NCBI GenBank assembly: GCA_015233755.1
Contig: JADFXA010000002.1
Coordinates: 1-33,242, forward strand
From: Desulfamplus sp.
GTDB taxonomy: Bacteria; Desulfobacterota; Desulfobacteria; Desulfobacterales; Desulfobacteraceae
Reading direction: 5' to 3'
Length of the DNA stretch: 33,242 bases
Part shown: positions 9,294 to 19,276 of the stretch, in pieces
Layout of the letters: each line of letters begins with the position of its first letter
How positions within the stretch are numbered: the first letter of the stretch is position 1
Translations under genes and position numbers: made by a program
The notes under the pieces: model-generated
The model's input: the letters and a program-made list of their open reading frames with translations, nothing else
Databases searched by the model: none
What the model was told of the DNA's origin: nothing

Positions 9294-11783
9294 TTATATG
9301 CTAATCATCGCTAATGAATTTGAGATATTCTCTATTTTCATCTCAATTTCTCTAAGATATTCAAGTTGATCTGATTTATCAATAAATCTATCGGAGATAA
9401 GTTTTTCAATATTTTTATTTTCAATTGCACATATATGAAACATATCCATAAGTTTTTCACGTAAATCTCTTGCAACTGCATGGATAAGAGGGAAAAGATA
9501 TACCTGCTCAACATGGTGCTTATAAAGATCAAAATGGAGCATTACTGAACGAAGGGACTCTTTTCTTATTTTTTTTACAGACTCTTTTAAAGCTCTTGAC
9601 TTAGGAGGAGCTGTTGTAAGTGAATTTATAAATTTTCCAAGAATTTCAACCATAAAATAGAAGCTAAACCTTGCCATTGCATCAACTTTGATTTTGGCAC
9701 TGTAGCCAGTTGCAAATTCGCTTTTAGGTAGACTTAGACCAAGAATTCTTTTGGCCCCTTTTAAGTCAACAGCTCTAATTATATCTGATATTTGTAGGTT
9801 AGCTTGCTCATCTAAAGATAGTTGTGGATAAATTTGTGAGGGGGTCATGCAGCAAGATTTATAAAGAGTCTCAAACGCTTTTTCAATATATTGCTCCTGC
9901 TCTTTAATAAGCTCAATAACTGCTGGATTAAAGTTTTGGGTCATAAAAAAATCAAGCTCAACTCTAAAATCTTTAAACATGCAGTAAAGAGCATGGTTAA
10001 AACTATAATTGGAGACCATCTCTTCATAACGCTCGTTATATATTGTTGTTCCAAATATAAAATCTTTTAATTTTAATGCCTGAGTACCTCGATTTTTATC
10101 GAAAAAGTTATTTATCGCAGAAGAAATATCTCTTTTGATATTTTGAATTGCAATGCCAATAGAATCATCTAATGAAGATTTAAATATTTTTGACTGCTCC
10201 TGAAGCAAATTTAATTTTTCAGTAGCATCTGTAGCTTTTTTTAAATCACCAGATAAAAGCTGCATAAACATTGTGTTGCGTTGCCTTAGACCGTGTACTA
10301 CTAACATTAATCTTTCAATATGGTTTTCTAATATTATTGAGAATCTTTCACTTTCAATCTTGTGTTTTAACGCATTTTCAAACTCTACATATTTTTGGGC
10401 TGTATAATCAACAAGACGACTCTCTCTTTTCCACAACATTAACCTCTCAGAATTTTTATCTGAAAGTTGTTGCTCAACAGCGGAATTTTGTTCAAGTGCA
10501 GCAAATAGATTAAATAGTGAAGATAGAGTATAGACAGTAGGATTTTCTACAAAATATCCTAAACCTTTTTTTACGCTTTTTTCAAGCTCAACAAGAGATT
10601 CAAGTGATTCATGCTCATTAAAGTCGGCATTCAATATGAACATTATATTATTAATTATACCAGTATTTTTAATAATATTAAGAAACTTAATATCTGCCTC
10701 CCTTAAACCTGTTCTGCTGCTAATCACATAAACCAACATGTTAGCAGAAAGAAGATAGTCCTGTATGTGAGATAGATGGGAGGGGTCTGTTGAATCGCTG
10801 CCCTGACAATCGGCAATTTCAATATACGGATCAAGTATTATAAATTCACTACGGTTATTGTCTTTATCATTACAAATAATATCGTTATCAGCATTAATAT
10901 CTATCTTAGGTGTAGGAATTTCAAGCAGTACATCTTTGACAAAAAAAGCATTTGCCATTATTCCTGTAAACATCTTGTATTTAGAAAAATGTTCTCCTGT
11001 AAACTCAACTGGAGATGAATCAGATTGGTCAACACCATTATCTACTTGATTACAGTGTAAGGTAGTGTCCAAATTAGAGCTTATATCAAAATTAATTGGA
11101 TTATTATTAATTTGCTCATTATTGATTGGATCATTTCTGACAAACCCTTTTACTTTGTCATATCCTTCAAGTGCGTTAGATATAAGGGTTATTTCTGGTC
11201 GAAAACCACTATCACTAAACGATGAGAATAGATTATTAAAAACAAAATCGTCATTATCAACAACTGATAAATTAGAATGATCAACTTTGTAATTTTGCTT
11301 AGAATCTTTTATTTTAGAGCTATACTCTTTTGAACATAATCTTGATCTTATATCTCTTAGAAAGTCGCGGTCGCTCTTTCTTCTCAAATCAATAGATTTA
11401 ATTAAAGGGGTATGAGTCAATTGCAATGCGTTTTGTATCTCACTATTTATCTCGTCCCATGTTTTAAAACTAACTAAAGCCCTTAGACTATTGCCTCTCC
11501 TCACCCGAGTTATGACTGAAGTTACAATACCTGCGCCTCTTTTTAAAACGTCATCCATGATCAAAGAGTTTATGAATGTGCTTTTACCTGATTTAATTGC
11601 TCCAACAACAGCAATTTTAATAACTCCCTCATGTATCTGTGTTGGAATAGTTTTGCAAAGATGGTGCTGTCTCTCCACAATTTTGTCATACATTCCTTCA
11701 ATCTTTTTCATATCTTCAAAAATAGCAAAAAGATCGCTGCATAACTTATCAACCGATTCAATAATATTAATATTGTTATTCAT
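9294..11783 (-). CDS. Bacterial dynamin-like GTPase
   Basis: G1 VVGAIKSGKSTFIN, G2 GIVT, G3 IADCQG, variant G4 LNAD; long helical C-terminal stalk; 829 aa. Confidence 0.8.
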   Translation of the reverse strand: MNNNINIIESVDKLCSDLFAIFEDMKKIEGMYDKIVERQHHLCKTIPTQIHEGVIKIAVVGAIKSGKSTFINSLIMDDVLKRGAGIVTSVITRVRRGNSLRALVSFKTWDEINSEIQNALQLTHTPLIKSIDLRRKSDRDFLRDIRSRLCSKEYSSKIKDSKQNYKVDHSNLSVVDNDDFVFNNLFSSFSDSGFRPEITLISNALEGYDKVKGFVRNDPINNEQINNNPINFDISSNLDTTLHCNQVDNGVDQSDSSPVEFTGEHFSKYKMFTGIMANAFFVKDVLLEIPTPKIDINADNDIICNDKDNNRSEFIILDPYIEIADCQGSDSTDPSHLSHIQDYLLSANMLVYVISSRTGLREADIKFLNIIKNTGIINNIMFILNADFNEHESLESLVELEKSVKKGLGYFVENPTVYTLSSLFNLFAALEQNSAVEQQLSDKNSERLMLWKRESRLVDYTAQKYVEFENALKHKIESERFSIILENHIERLMLVVHGLRQRNTMFMQLLSGDLKKATDATEKLNLLQEQSKIFKSSLDDSIGIAIQNIKRDISSAINNFFDKNRGTQALKLKDFIFGTTIYNERYEEMVSNYSFNHALYCMFKDFRVELDFFMTQNFNPAVIELIKEQEQYIEKAFETLYKSCCMTPSQIYPQLSLDEQANLQISDIIRAVDLKGAKRILGLSLPKSEFATGYSAKIKVDAMARFSFYFMVEILGKFINSLTTAPPKSRALKESVKKIRKESLRSVMLHFDLYKHHVEQVYLFPLIHAVARDLREKLMDMFHICAIENKNIEKLISDRFIDKSDQLEYLREIEMKIENISNSLAMISI

Positions 11784-11792
11784 AATGTTAAG

Positions 11793-12365
11793 TTATAAAA
11801 CCTCTGATATATCCGAGAACGGATCAGCTTCACTTTCCATGAGCATCATTGACTCCTCCCATCTTAAGTCGGTAGGTGTTTTAAAAATAATATCTTCAAC
11901 AATTGGAGCTGTGAGCCACGCATTCTCATCAATCTCACTTTCAAGCTGAAAAGCTCCCCACCCAGCACATCCAAGAAGAATGATAAAATTATCAGGACCA
12001 TTTCCATCAGCAATCGCCTCAATAATATCTCTTGTATTACTCAATCCAAGGTTTGGGGTAACCTGCATACATCCATGCCAATGAAATGGTGGAGAGTGAA
12101 GGACAAATACACCGCTTGGCTGAACAGGTCCTCCAAAGTGAATCTCAATACCAGCAATACGGTCGTCATAATCAATTTTAAGATCATCAAAAAGCTCACT
12201 CCCTGTAAGGAGAGGATGAGTTTTATTTATTATAAACCCAAGGGCACCAAGCTCATTATGTTCACACATACAGATCACTGTCTGAGCAAAATTTGGATCA
12301 GGAAGACCCGGCATAGCCATAATAAAATGACCTTTTAAAAATTTATCTGTTTCGGAAGACATCAA
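11793..12365 (-). CDS. YqgE/AlgH family protein
   Basis: GHFIMAMPGLPDPNF..VICMCEH..GALGFIIN, GGPV, LGCAGWGAFQLESEI..NAWL. Confidence 0.92.
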   Translation of the reverse strand: MMSSETDKFLKGHFIMAMPGLPDPNFAQTVICMCEHNELGALGFIINKTHPLLTGSELFDDLKIDYDDRIAGIEIHFGGPVQPSGVFVLHSPPFHWHGCMQVTPNLGLSNTRDIIEAIADGNGPDNFIILLGCAGWGAFQLESEIDENAWLTAPIVEDIIFKTPTDLRWEESMMLMESEADPFSDISEVL

Positions 12366-12508
12366 TTTGCTCCATCATTTTAATTTATTCCAACTTTCCA
12401 AGTAATTGAACTCCTGCAAAAAATATTTGTTATCTATTAAGACTCAAGCGAGTAAAATGTTGCAAGAACTCTAATAAATTGTATTAAAACTATATACTAT
12501 CTGACCTT

Positions 12509-14011
12509 TTACCGTCCATAAAGATCATCAAGCCTCACAATATCATCTTCGCCAAGATAGCTACCTGATTGGACTTCAATAAGTTCTAAAGGTATTTTCC
12601 CAGGATTTTCAAGTCTATGAACTGTTCCAGTAGGAATGTATGTAGATTCATTCTCAGTTAGCATAATCTCTTGCTCTCCCTTAGTAACAATCGCTGTTCC
12701 AGAGACAACAGTCCAATGTTCAGCTCTGTGATAATGCTTTTGAAGAGATAGCTTTGCCCCAGGTTTTACAGTGATTCTTTTAACTTGAAATCTTCTTTCT
12801 ATATCAATTGTCTCGTAAGAACCCCAAGGTCTAAATATTTTACTGTGAAATACCGCTTCGCCTCTTCCGCTGTTTTTGAGCTGTGCAACTAATTTTTTAA
12901 CATCTTGAACCTTATCTCTTGGAGCAACTAAAACGGCATCTTTAGTCTCGATAATAACATGACCTTCAAGTCCTACAGCAGCAATAAGCCTATTTTGTGC
13001 ATATAGGTATGAATTTTTCACGTCTGAAAGAAGGGCATCTCCTTTGACAACATTATTATTTTCGTCTTTAATACCTGTCTGCCACAATGCTTCCCATGAA
13101 CCAAGATCGTTCCAACCCACACTTATAGGAATAATAACACCTTTATCTGTTTTTTCCATAACTGCATAGTCAATAGACTCTGCTCTGCTTTTTTCAAAAG
13201 AGGATTTATCAAGTCTAAAAAAATCAAGGTCATCTCTTCCATTTTTTAAAGATTCTTTGCATACCTTTAGCATATCAGGCTCATAAAGCTCCAAATCTTC
13301 TAAAAACTGAGAGGCTTTAAACATGAACATACCACTATTCCAGAAATATTGGCCAGATTCAACATACTCTTTAGCTCTATTAAAGTCTGGTTTCTCAACA
13401 AATTTTTCAATAATATATGCACCTTTTGTGCAATTTTCATATTTGCAATTTAGCTTTTTGAAATATTGACTTTCTTGTCCACTACTCTCTTTTAGCGGCT
13501 CTCCACTCTCTTTTAACTCTTTACCTTTTTTAATATATCCGTAGCCAGTTTCAGGAATATCAGGAATAATCCCAAAAGTGATTAATCTATTTTGGTTTGC
13601 AAATTGATTGCCAACCATTACAGCTTCATGAAAACTTTTTATATTATTAATAACGTGATCTGCTGGAAGTATCAAAAGCACTAACTCATCTTGTTTATCA
13701 TCAAACAGTTCAAGAGCTTTAATAGCACCTACTGCAATTGCTGGAGCTGTATTTTTGCCTACTGGCTCAAGGATAATTGAAAGAGGCTTTATATTGATAG
13801 ATCTTAACTGCTCTGCAACCATAAAACGATGCTCTTCATTGCATACAATTATGGGTGAAGATATCTCTTCTAAACCATTCAATCTTAAAATTGTATTTTG
13901 CAGCATTGAATTATCATTTGTAAGATTTAGAAGCTGTTTTGGGAAGAGCTCTCTTGAGAGAGGCCATAATCTTGTTCCAGAACCGCCAGCAAGGATTAAT
14001 GGTATTATCAT
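12509..14011 (-). CDS. manC: Mannose-1-phosphate guanylyltransferase / mannose-6-phosphate isomerase
   Basis: ILAGGSGTRLWPLSR..PKQ, EPVGKNTAPA, FVEKP, WNSGMF, SIDYAVMEK, WNDLGSW; cupin RPWG..LSLQKHYHRAEHW. Confidence 0.96.
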   Translation of the reverse strand: MIIPLILAGGSGTRLWPLSRELFPKQLLNLTNDNSMLQNTILRLNGLEEISSPIIVCNEEHRFMVAEQLRSINIKPLSIILEPVGKNTAPAIAVGAIKALELFDDKQDELVLLILPADHVINNIKSFHEAVMVGNQFANQNRLITFGIIPDIPETGYGYIKKGKELKESGEPLKESSGQESQYFKKLNCKYENCTKGAYIIEKFVEKPDFNRAKEYVESGQYFWNSGMFMFKASQFLEDLELYEPDMLKVCKESLKNGRDDLDFFRLDKSSFEKSRAESIDYAVMEKTDKGVIIPISVGWNDLGSWEALWQTGIKDENNNVVKGDALLSDVKNSYLYAQNRLIAAVGLEGHVIIETKDAVLVAPRDKVQDVKKLVAQLKNSGRGEAVFHSKIFRPWGSYETIDIERRFQVKRITVKPGAKLSLQKHYHRAEHWTVVSGTAIVTKGEQEIMLTENESTYIPTGTVHRLENPGKIPLELIEVQSGSYLGEDDIVRLDDLYGR

Positions 14012-14280
14012 AATCTTGTTCCTTATATCGCCCTAAGCTAAAAATATTGGCTGATTTTATTCAAGATTTATTAAAGCTGCACATTTAAGCCGACAGCTTT
14101 AAGTATTGCATAAAAAATAAATTTATGAACGTTTAGAGTATAATGAACTATTTAAACCTTAGTGAACTATACCTGAAATGGACGATATTTGCTTTATAAA
14201 TTTCCACTTTATGATATAACACGATTTATAAAAATAGCTCAAAACATACTACAAAGTTATTCGGGGGTTATTACTTTAAA

Positions 14281-16233
14281 ATGTTATTCAAATCAACAGA
14301 CAAACTATATTCGGCAAAATCTCTATTTGCAATTACCATTATCCTTACTATTTTTACATCTTTTTCATACTCTTTTGCACAAACTCAAAACTCAAACTCT
14401 CTTGATAAAAAAGATGTTTTGGCTAAATCATATATAAAAGAGAGAGCAGTTAATAAAAAATGGATTCCAAAAGTTTGGTTAGACTTTGTAAAGCAAGGTC
14501 CTGTAAGAGATAATTTACCAGATTTTTCTTGTGCAGGCTATAAGATGGGTCTTAAAACGATACCTGATATCTTACCCAATTCTAAAAATGGTTCTATTTC
14601 TAAAGATAAAAAAGATTCTATTTATAGATACAAGATATTTGATATTACATCTAAAGAATTTGGAGCAATACCTAATGATGGCATCGATGACACAAAGGCA
14701 ATTCAATCTGCCATTGATGCTGCGGCTGGGGAGTTCTTTGGTGGCGTTTCTGGTAATGCGGCTGGTGAAGTCTCTGGTAGTAGTTCTGCTGATGGCGGCA
14801 ATCTTGGGTGTGTGGTATTTTTTCCAAAAGGACGTTACGATATTCATAAAACACCGTCAGATGGCTTTATCCAGATTAAAAATGACAACATTATATTAAA
14901 AGGTGAAAATAAAGAAAATACGATTCTACATTTTGGTTCACCAGGAAAGGCTGATCGAATCTATAGACTTGGCACAGTTCCAGCGGAACAAGAGGGGCGA
15001 CACTGGACTACTTTAGCTGTGATGGGTTCAGAATCAACAACCGAGTTGACACGCTACACAAAAACCGTAATGCGTGGGGAAAAAGAAATCCATGTTATGG
15101 ATACATCCAATATTGTTTCTGGACAAACTGTAATCATTGAGTTTGATGACCCTCTTATTGATACAGTAACGCCTTCGCCTTATAAAGTTGATATTGCAGC
15201 ACAGTTGACCACCCCTTTAAAGTTGGTTAAAGAGCAGACAGACACATTTGGTAAAGTCTCTAAAAAAATTACATGGATAGTTAAAATTGATAAAGTTCTT
15301 GATAAAAAAAGAGTAATTTTATCTGAACCAGCAAGGTTTAATCACTTTTTGCGCTACTCTCCAAGAATTTTATCGTTTAATGGTGTTAAAGGTGTTGGAA
15401 TTGAAGATTTAACTATAGAGAGCAGTTGGCAAGGCAGCTATAGACACCATAAACCATTTTTAGATAAAGATGGGAAGATAGTTAGAACTGCAAAAGAGCA
15501 AGATTATCTATGGGGTGGAATCTGGTTTAGCTATGCCTATGATGGTTGGGTTCGTAACGTAATTTTTAAAGATTTAACACAAGGGGTTATTTTCAGCAAG
15601 TGTGGATATATGACAGCAAATAACCTTACATTTCAGGGGATTGACGGTCATGCTGGTGTAACTATTGCCCAAAGTCATGGAATCTTAGTTCAGAATGCAG
15701 ATTTCTTTGCCCGCTCAGTTCACCCTGTCAGCCTTAAAAACTTTGCATCTGGCAATGTAGTAACAGATTGTAAAACTCACTATGACGGTAGAAACTCTAA
15801 TAATTCAACTGATGCTGTTATTGATTTTCACGGTCTTTTCCCTTATGAAAACCTATTTGAAAATATGCGTGGATTCTATATTTGCCCAGGAGGAGATACA
15901 AGTGTAATGCCACACTCAGGAGTCAGAAACGTATTTTGGAATATTGAAGCTCCTGAAAATATGAGCTGTTATAGTTGTGAGCTTAAAGATGAATTTATGC
16001 GAACTTACGAATATGGTAACACATCCTCTAAAACTCCTGCAACCATGTATGAGTATCAACCACAAGGCTTTTTTGTAGGAATAACTCGTAAAGATAATAA
16101 GCGGGTTACAATGGGTGGAAATAGTTTGGATAAACAAAATAAATGGATAAAAGTTGAAGGATTAAATAGAGAAGATATTGCGATTCCATCGCTTTATAAG
16201 GAGCAAAGGAGATTTCGAGGAAGCAAGTTATGA
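14281..16233 (+). CDS. Secreted right-handed beta-helix protein (pectate lyase 3/GH28-like N-terminus, DUF4955-like C-terminus)
   Basis: Signal peptide ending SFA-Q; LPDFSCAGY, FGAIPNDGIDDTKAIQSAID, VFFPKGRY, NIILKG, DFHG..PYENLFEN, VFWN, PSLY..Q. Confidence 0.72.
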   Translation: MLFKSTDKLYSAKSLFAITIILTIFTSFSYSFAQTQNSNSLDKKDVLAKSYIKERAVNKKWIPKVWLDFVKQGPVRDNLPDFSCAGYKMGLKTIPDILPNSKNGSISKDKKDSIYRYKIFDITSKEFGAIPNDGIDDTKAIQSAIDAAAGEFFGGVSGNAAGEVSGSSSADGGNLGCVVFFPKGRYDIHKTPSDGFIQIKNDNIILKGENKENTILHFGSPGKADRIYRLGTVPAEQEGRHWTTLAVMGSESTTELTRYTKTVMRGEKEIHVMDTSNIVSGQTVIIEFDDPLIDTVTPSPYKVDIAAQLTTPLKLVKEQTDTFGKVSKKITWIVKIDKVLDKKRVILSEPARFNHFLRYSPRILSFNGVKGVGIEDLTIESSWQGSYRHHKPFLDKDGKIVRTAKEQDYLWGGIWFSYAYDGWVRNVIFKDLTQGVIFSKCGYMTANNLTFQGIDGHAGVTIAQSHGILVQNADFFARSVHPVSLKNFASGNVVTDCKTHYDGRNSNNSTDAVIDFHGLFPYENLFENMRGFYICPGGDTSVMPHSGVRNVFWNIEAPENMSCYSCELKDEFMRTYEYGNTSSKTPATMYEYQPQGFFVGITRKDNKRVTMGGNSLDKQNKWIKVEGLNREDIAIPSLYKEQRRFRGSKL

Positions 16234-18230
16234 TAATGCCAGAATGGGTTTCTTGGTTGATTATTGCCTTAATAGTTTTATCTTTAGCTTTGATTGGAGT
16301 AACTGGATTTAGTCTAATCTTAAAAAATATGGTTGAAAAAAGAACTTCTGCATTAATCCATACCCATGAACAACTTCGTCTTAACTCAGAGGCTCTTTTG
16401 AAATCTTCCGAGCTTATTCAGCAAGACGAATCAGATATACAGACTCTTGTTGAGACAATGTTACGCATTACAGGGGAAGTTTTTTTTGACCATATTGTTG
16501 TGGAGCTATGCCGATGGCTTGGCTGCAACTGTGCAATTGTAGGAGAAATTATCACTGGAGATAGAGTAAAAGCAATTGCAATGGTAATGAATAGTGAACC
16601 AATAAACGACTACTCATATAAACTTAGTGGAACACCCTGTGAAGAGGCAATTAATAAGGGTTATTGTGCATACCCAGAAGGTGTATGTGAGGCGTTTCCT
16701 GATGATTTAGATTTAATTAACATGAAAGCTGTCGGCTATGTAGGCGTTCCAATAAAAAATCGTAAAGGTGAGGCAATAGGTATTCTTTGCTGTATCTCTT
16801 GCCACAAGCTCAATCTAACAAAACGCACCAATGAGGTAATGAACATAATTGCTGCCAAAATATCTGGTGAGATAGAGAGGCAATATAATGAAAAAGAGAG
16901 AGATAACCTACAAAATAGGCTAAAGCAGGCATATAAAATGGAGTCTCTTGGAACTTTAGCAGGAGGTATTGCCCATGATTTTAATAACATCTTGATCCCT
17001 ATCCTTGGATATACTGAGATGCTTTTAGATACCACTTCAAAGGATAATTCACTATATGATACCTTTTACGAGATACATAAAGCCGCTATTAGAGCTAAAG
17101 ATTTAGTAAAGCAGATACTTACATTCTCCCGCCAAACTACGACTGATATTGCCCCGATGAAAATTCAGCCAATTGTTAAAGAGGTTCTAAAACTTATCAG
17201 AGCAAGCATACCATCAAATATTGAGATAAGACAGGAGATAAAAGAGAATTGCGGTCTTGTAAATACAGAGCCTACACATATTCATCAGATTGTTATGAAT
17301 CTTGTTACGAATGCTTTTCACGCTATGGAAGATAGAGTAGGAATTTTAACTATAATAGTTGAAGAGGTTGAAATAGTTGAAGAGCCTAAAATTAATAAAA
17401 CTGAACTTCCCCCCCAAATAAATGAAGATATAAAAATAAGCGGTGTAGAACATAAATTAACCGATTATAAAGATGTTTTTCAATTAATCGACGATAAAGA
17501 TGCTTTTCAAACTGAGACAACTCCACTACCAGAGGGAGTTTATGTCTCTTTAACTGTTGCAGACACAGGTATTGGCATGACCCAAGAGGTTATGAGTAAA
17601 ATTTTTGACCCTTTTTTTACAACAAAAGAGGTTGGGAAAGGAACTGGCATTGGGCTTTCTGTGGTTCATGGGATTGTGAAAAGCATGAATGGTGCTATTA
17701 AAATTTACAGCAAACCCAATAAAGGCTCTATTGTGCGTGTTTATCTACCCATAGTTCAGAGCTATTTAGAAGAAGATGAAAATACAATTATAAGAGATAT
17801 TACTCAAAATGGGAATGAGTGTATCCTTCTTGTAGATGATGAGGAGAGCGTTATTGAGACTGAAAATAGTATTTTAGAATATCTTGGATATAATGTTGTT
17901 CCAATAGTTGGGAGTATCGAAGCTCTTGAGACTTTCCGTGCCAATCCATATCAATTTGATATTGTGATAACAGACCTATCAATGCCTAAGATGTCTGGAG
18001 AGCAGTTGGCAAGAGAGTTTATAAAGATACGTCCTGATATTCCAATAATCATCAGCACAGGTTTTGCAGAAAAAGTTTCTATTAAAATGGTTCAATCAAT
18101 AGGCATAAAATCTGTTCTAACAAAACCTTTTACTGTTAGGGAAATTTCTTCTGAGCTTCGCAAAGTTCTTGATAACTCTGAACTCCACAAAGATATTGAT
18201 AATAGTGATGTTGATGAAAAAGATAATTGA
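16230..18230 (+). CDS. Hybrid sensor histidine kinase (one TM helix, GAF, HisKA, HATPase, receiver)
   Basis: Y.LSGTPC GAF region, GIAHDFNNIL H-box, NLVTNA, DTGIGM, FDPFFTTK, GTGIGL; receiver LLVDDE, ITDLSMP, STG, KP. Confidence 0.93.
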   Translation: MIMPEWVSWLIIALIVLSLALIGVTGFSLILKNMVEKRTSALIHTHEQLRLNSEALLKSSELIQQDESDIQTLVETMLRITGEVFFDHIVVELCRWLGCNCAIVGEIITGDRVKAIAMVMNSEPINDYSYKLSGTPCEEAINKGYCAYPEGVCEAFPDDLDLINMKAVGYVGVPIKNRKGEAIGILCCISCHKLNLTKRTNEVMNIIAAKISGEIERQYNEKERDNLQNRLKQAYKMESLGTLAGGIAHDFNNILIPILGYTEMLLDTTSKDNSLYDTFYEIHKAAIRAKDLVKQILTFSRQTTTDIAPMKIQPIVKEVLKLIRASIPSNIEIRQEIKENCGLVNTEPTHIHQIVMNLVTNAFHAMEDRVGILTIIVEEVEIVEEPKINKTELPPQINEDIKISGVEHKLTDYKDVFQLIDDKDAFQTETTPLPEGVYVSLTVADTGIGMTQEVMSKIFDPFFTTKEVGKGTGIGLSVVHGIVKSMNGAIKIYSKPNKGSIVRVYLPIVQSYLEEDENTIIRDITQNGNECILLVDDEESVIETENSILEYLGYNVVPIVGSIEALETFRANPYQFDIVITDLSMPKMSGEQLAREFIKIRPDIPIIISTGFAEKVSIKMVQSIGIKSVLTKPFTVREISSELRKVLDNSELHKDIDNSDVDEKDN

Positions 18231-18247
18231 CCTTTGCAAAACTTGGA

Positions 18248-18276
18248 TTGCCCCTTGATTTTACTGGATATAAATT
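18248..18276 (+). promoter_or_regulatory. Possible sigma70 promoter for the DUF2520-ABC operon
   Basis: TTGCCC-N17-TAAATT; AT-rich background lowers specificity. Confidence 0.3.
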
Positions 18277-18322
18277 TAGTTCGCAGAAAATCTAATAAAT
18301 AGATAACAAGGACAATAAATAG

Positions 18323-19276
18323 ATGACACCTAAAAAAATTGCGATTATTGGATGTGGGCGGGTAGGAACCTCATTGGCTGTCTTCCTATCAAAGGCTGGT
18401 TACAATATTGCAGGAGTTGCGAGCAGAACATTCTCATCTGCTCAAAGAACGGTTCAGGCTATCTTATCAATAAAAGGTATAGGTGGAAACAACTCTAAGG
18501 AAGATACAAACAATTCTAACAACATAACCTTTTATGAAGATGTAAAGTTGTGCATTTTACCTGCTGAAGCTGCTATTTTAGGAGATATTATATTTATAAC
18601 TACACCTGATAATCTTATCCAAAATGTATGTTTTGAGATAAGCTCCAACCCTTTAGTTAATATTTCTGAAAAGACTATTTTTCATTGTAGTGGTGCTTTA
18701 TCTTCATGTGTTTTAGCATCTGCTTCTGATAAGGGTGCAAACACAGGTTCAATTCATCCACTACAGAGTTTTGCACCTTACACTCTGGGGCAGAACTCCC
18801 CTTTTGTTGGAATTAACGTATCTGTTGAGGGAAGTGAAAAAGCATTAATTATTGGTAAAGAGTTGGTAGCATCTTTAGGTGCTAACTACTTTACTATCCC
18901 AACAAAATCCAAAACCCTTTATCATGCTGCCGCAGTGGTTGCTTCAAATTATCTTGTTACTTTAGAAAATTGTGCTTTAGAACTTCTAAAAGAGGCAAAT
19001 CTCTCTGAAGATAAAGCATATACAATCCTTGAGCCTCTTATTCAGGGAACTTTAAATAACATAAAGACAAGGGGAACTATTGCAGCTCTTACAGGTCCAG
19101 TTGCAAGGGGTGACTCGGCAATTGTGGAAAAACATCTAAAAGATATTGATGAAGTTTTGCCAAATTTTTCAAAACTCTATCGGCTTATGGGAGAGTATAC
19201 GTTGAAACTTGCCCAAAAACGAGGAGAGCTTGAACAAGGCTCTATTGATAGGCTCTCAGAGGTTTTTAATAAATGA
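18323..19276 (+). CDS. Rossmann-like plus DUF2520 oxidoreductase (COG5495, PanG-type ketopantoate reductase candidate)
   Basis: IIGCGRVG, FITTPD, HCSG, HPLQSF, YHAAAVVASN, LTGPVARGD..H. Confidence 0.85.
   Translation: MTPKKIAIIGCGRVGTSLAVFLSKAGYNIAGVASRTFSSAQRTVQAILSIKGIGGNNSKEDTNNSNNITFYEDVKLCILPAEAAILGDIIFITTPDNLIQNVCFEISSNPLVNISEKTIFHCSGALSSCVLASASDKGANTGSIHPLQSFAPYTLGQNSPFVGINVSVEGSEKALIIGKELVASLGANYFTIPTKSKTLYHAAAVVASNYLVTLENCALELLKEANLSEDKAYTILEPLIQGTLNNIKTRGTIAALTGPVARGDSAIVEKHLKDIDEVLPNFSKLYRLMGEYTLKLAQKRGELEQGSIDRLSEVFNK

Noticed and set aside
14140-14172. Direct repeat TGAACTAT upstream of the beta-helix gene
   Set aside because: Two 8-mers in very AT-rich DNA are too weak to call an operator without comparative data.
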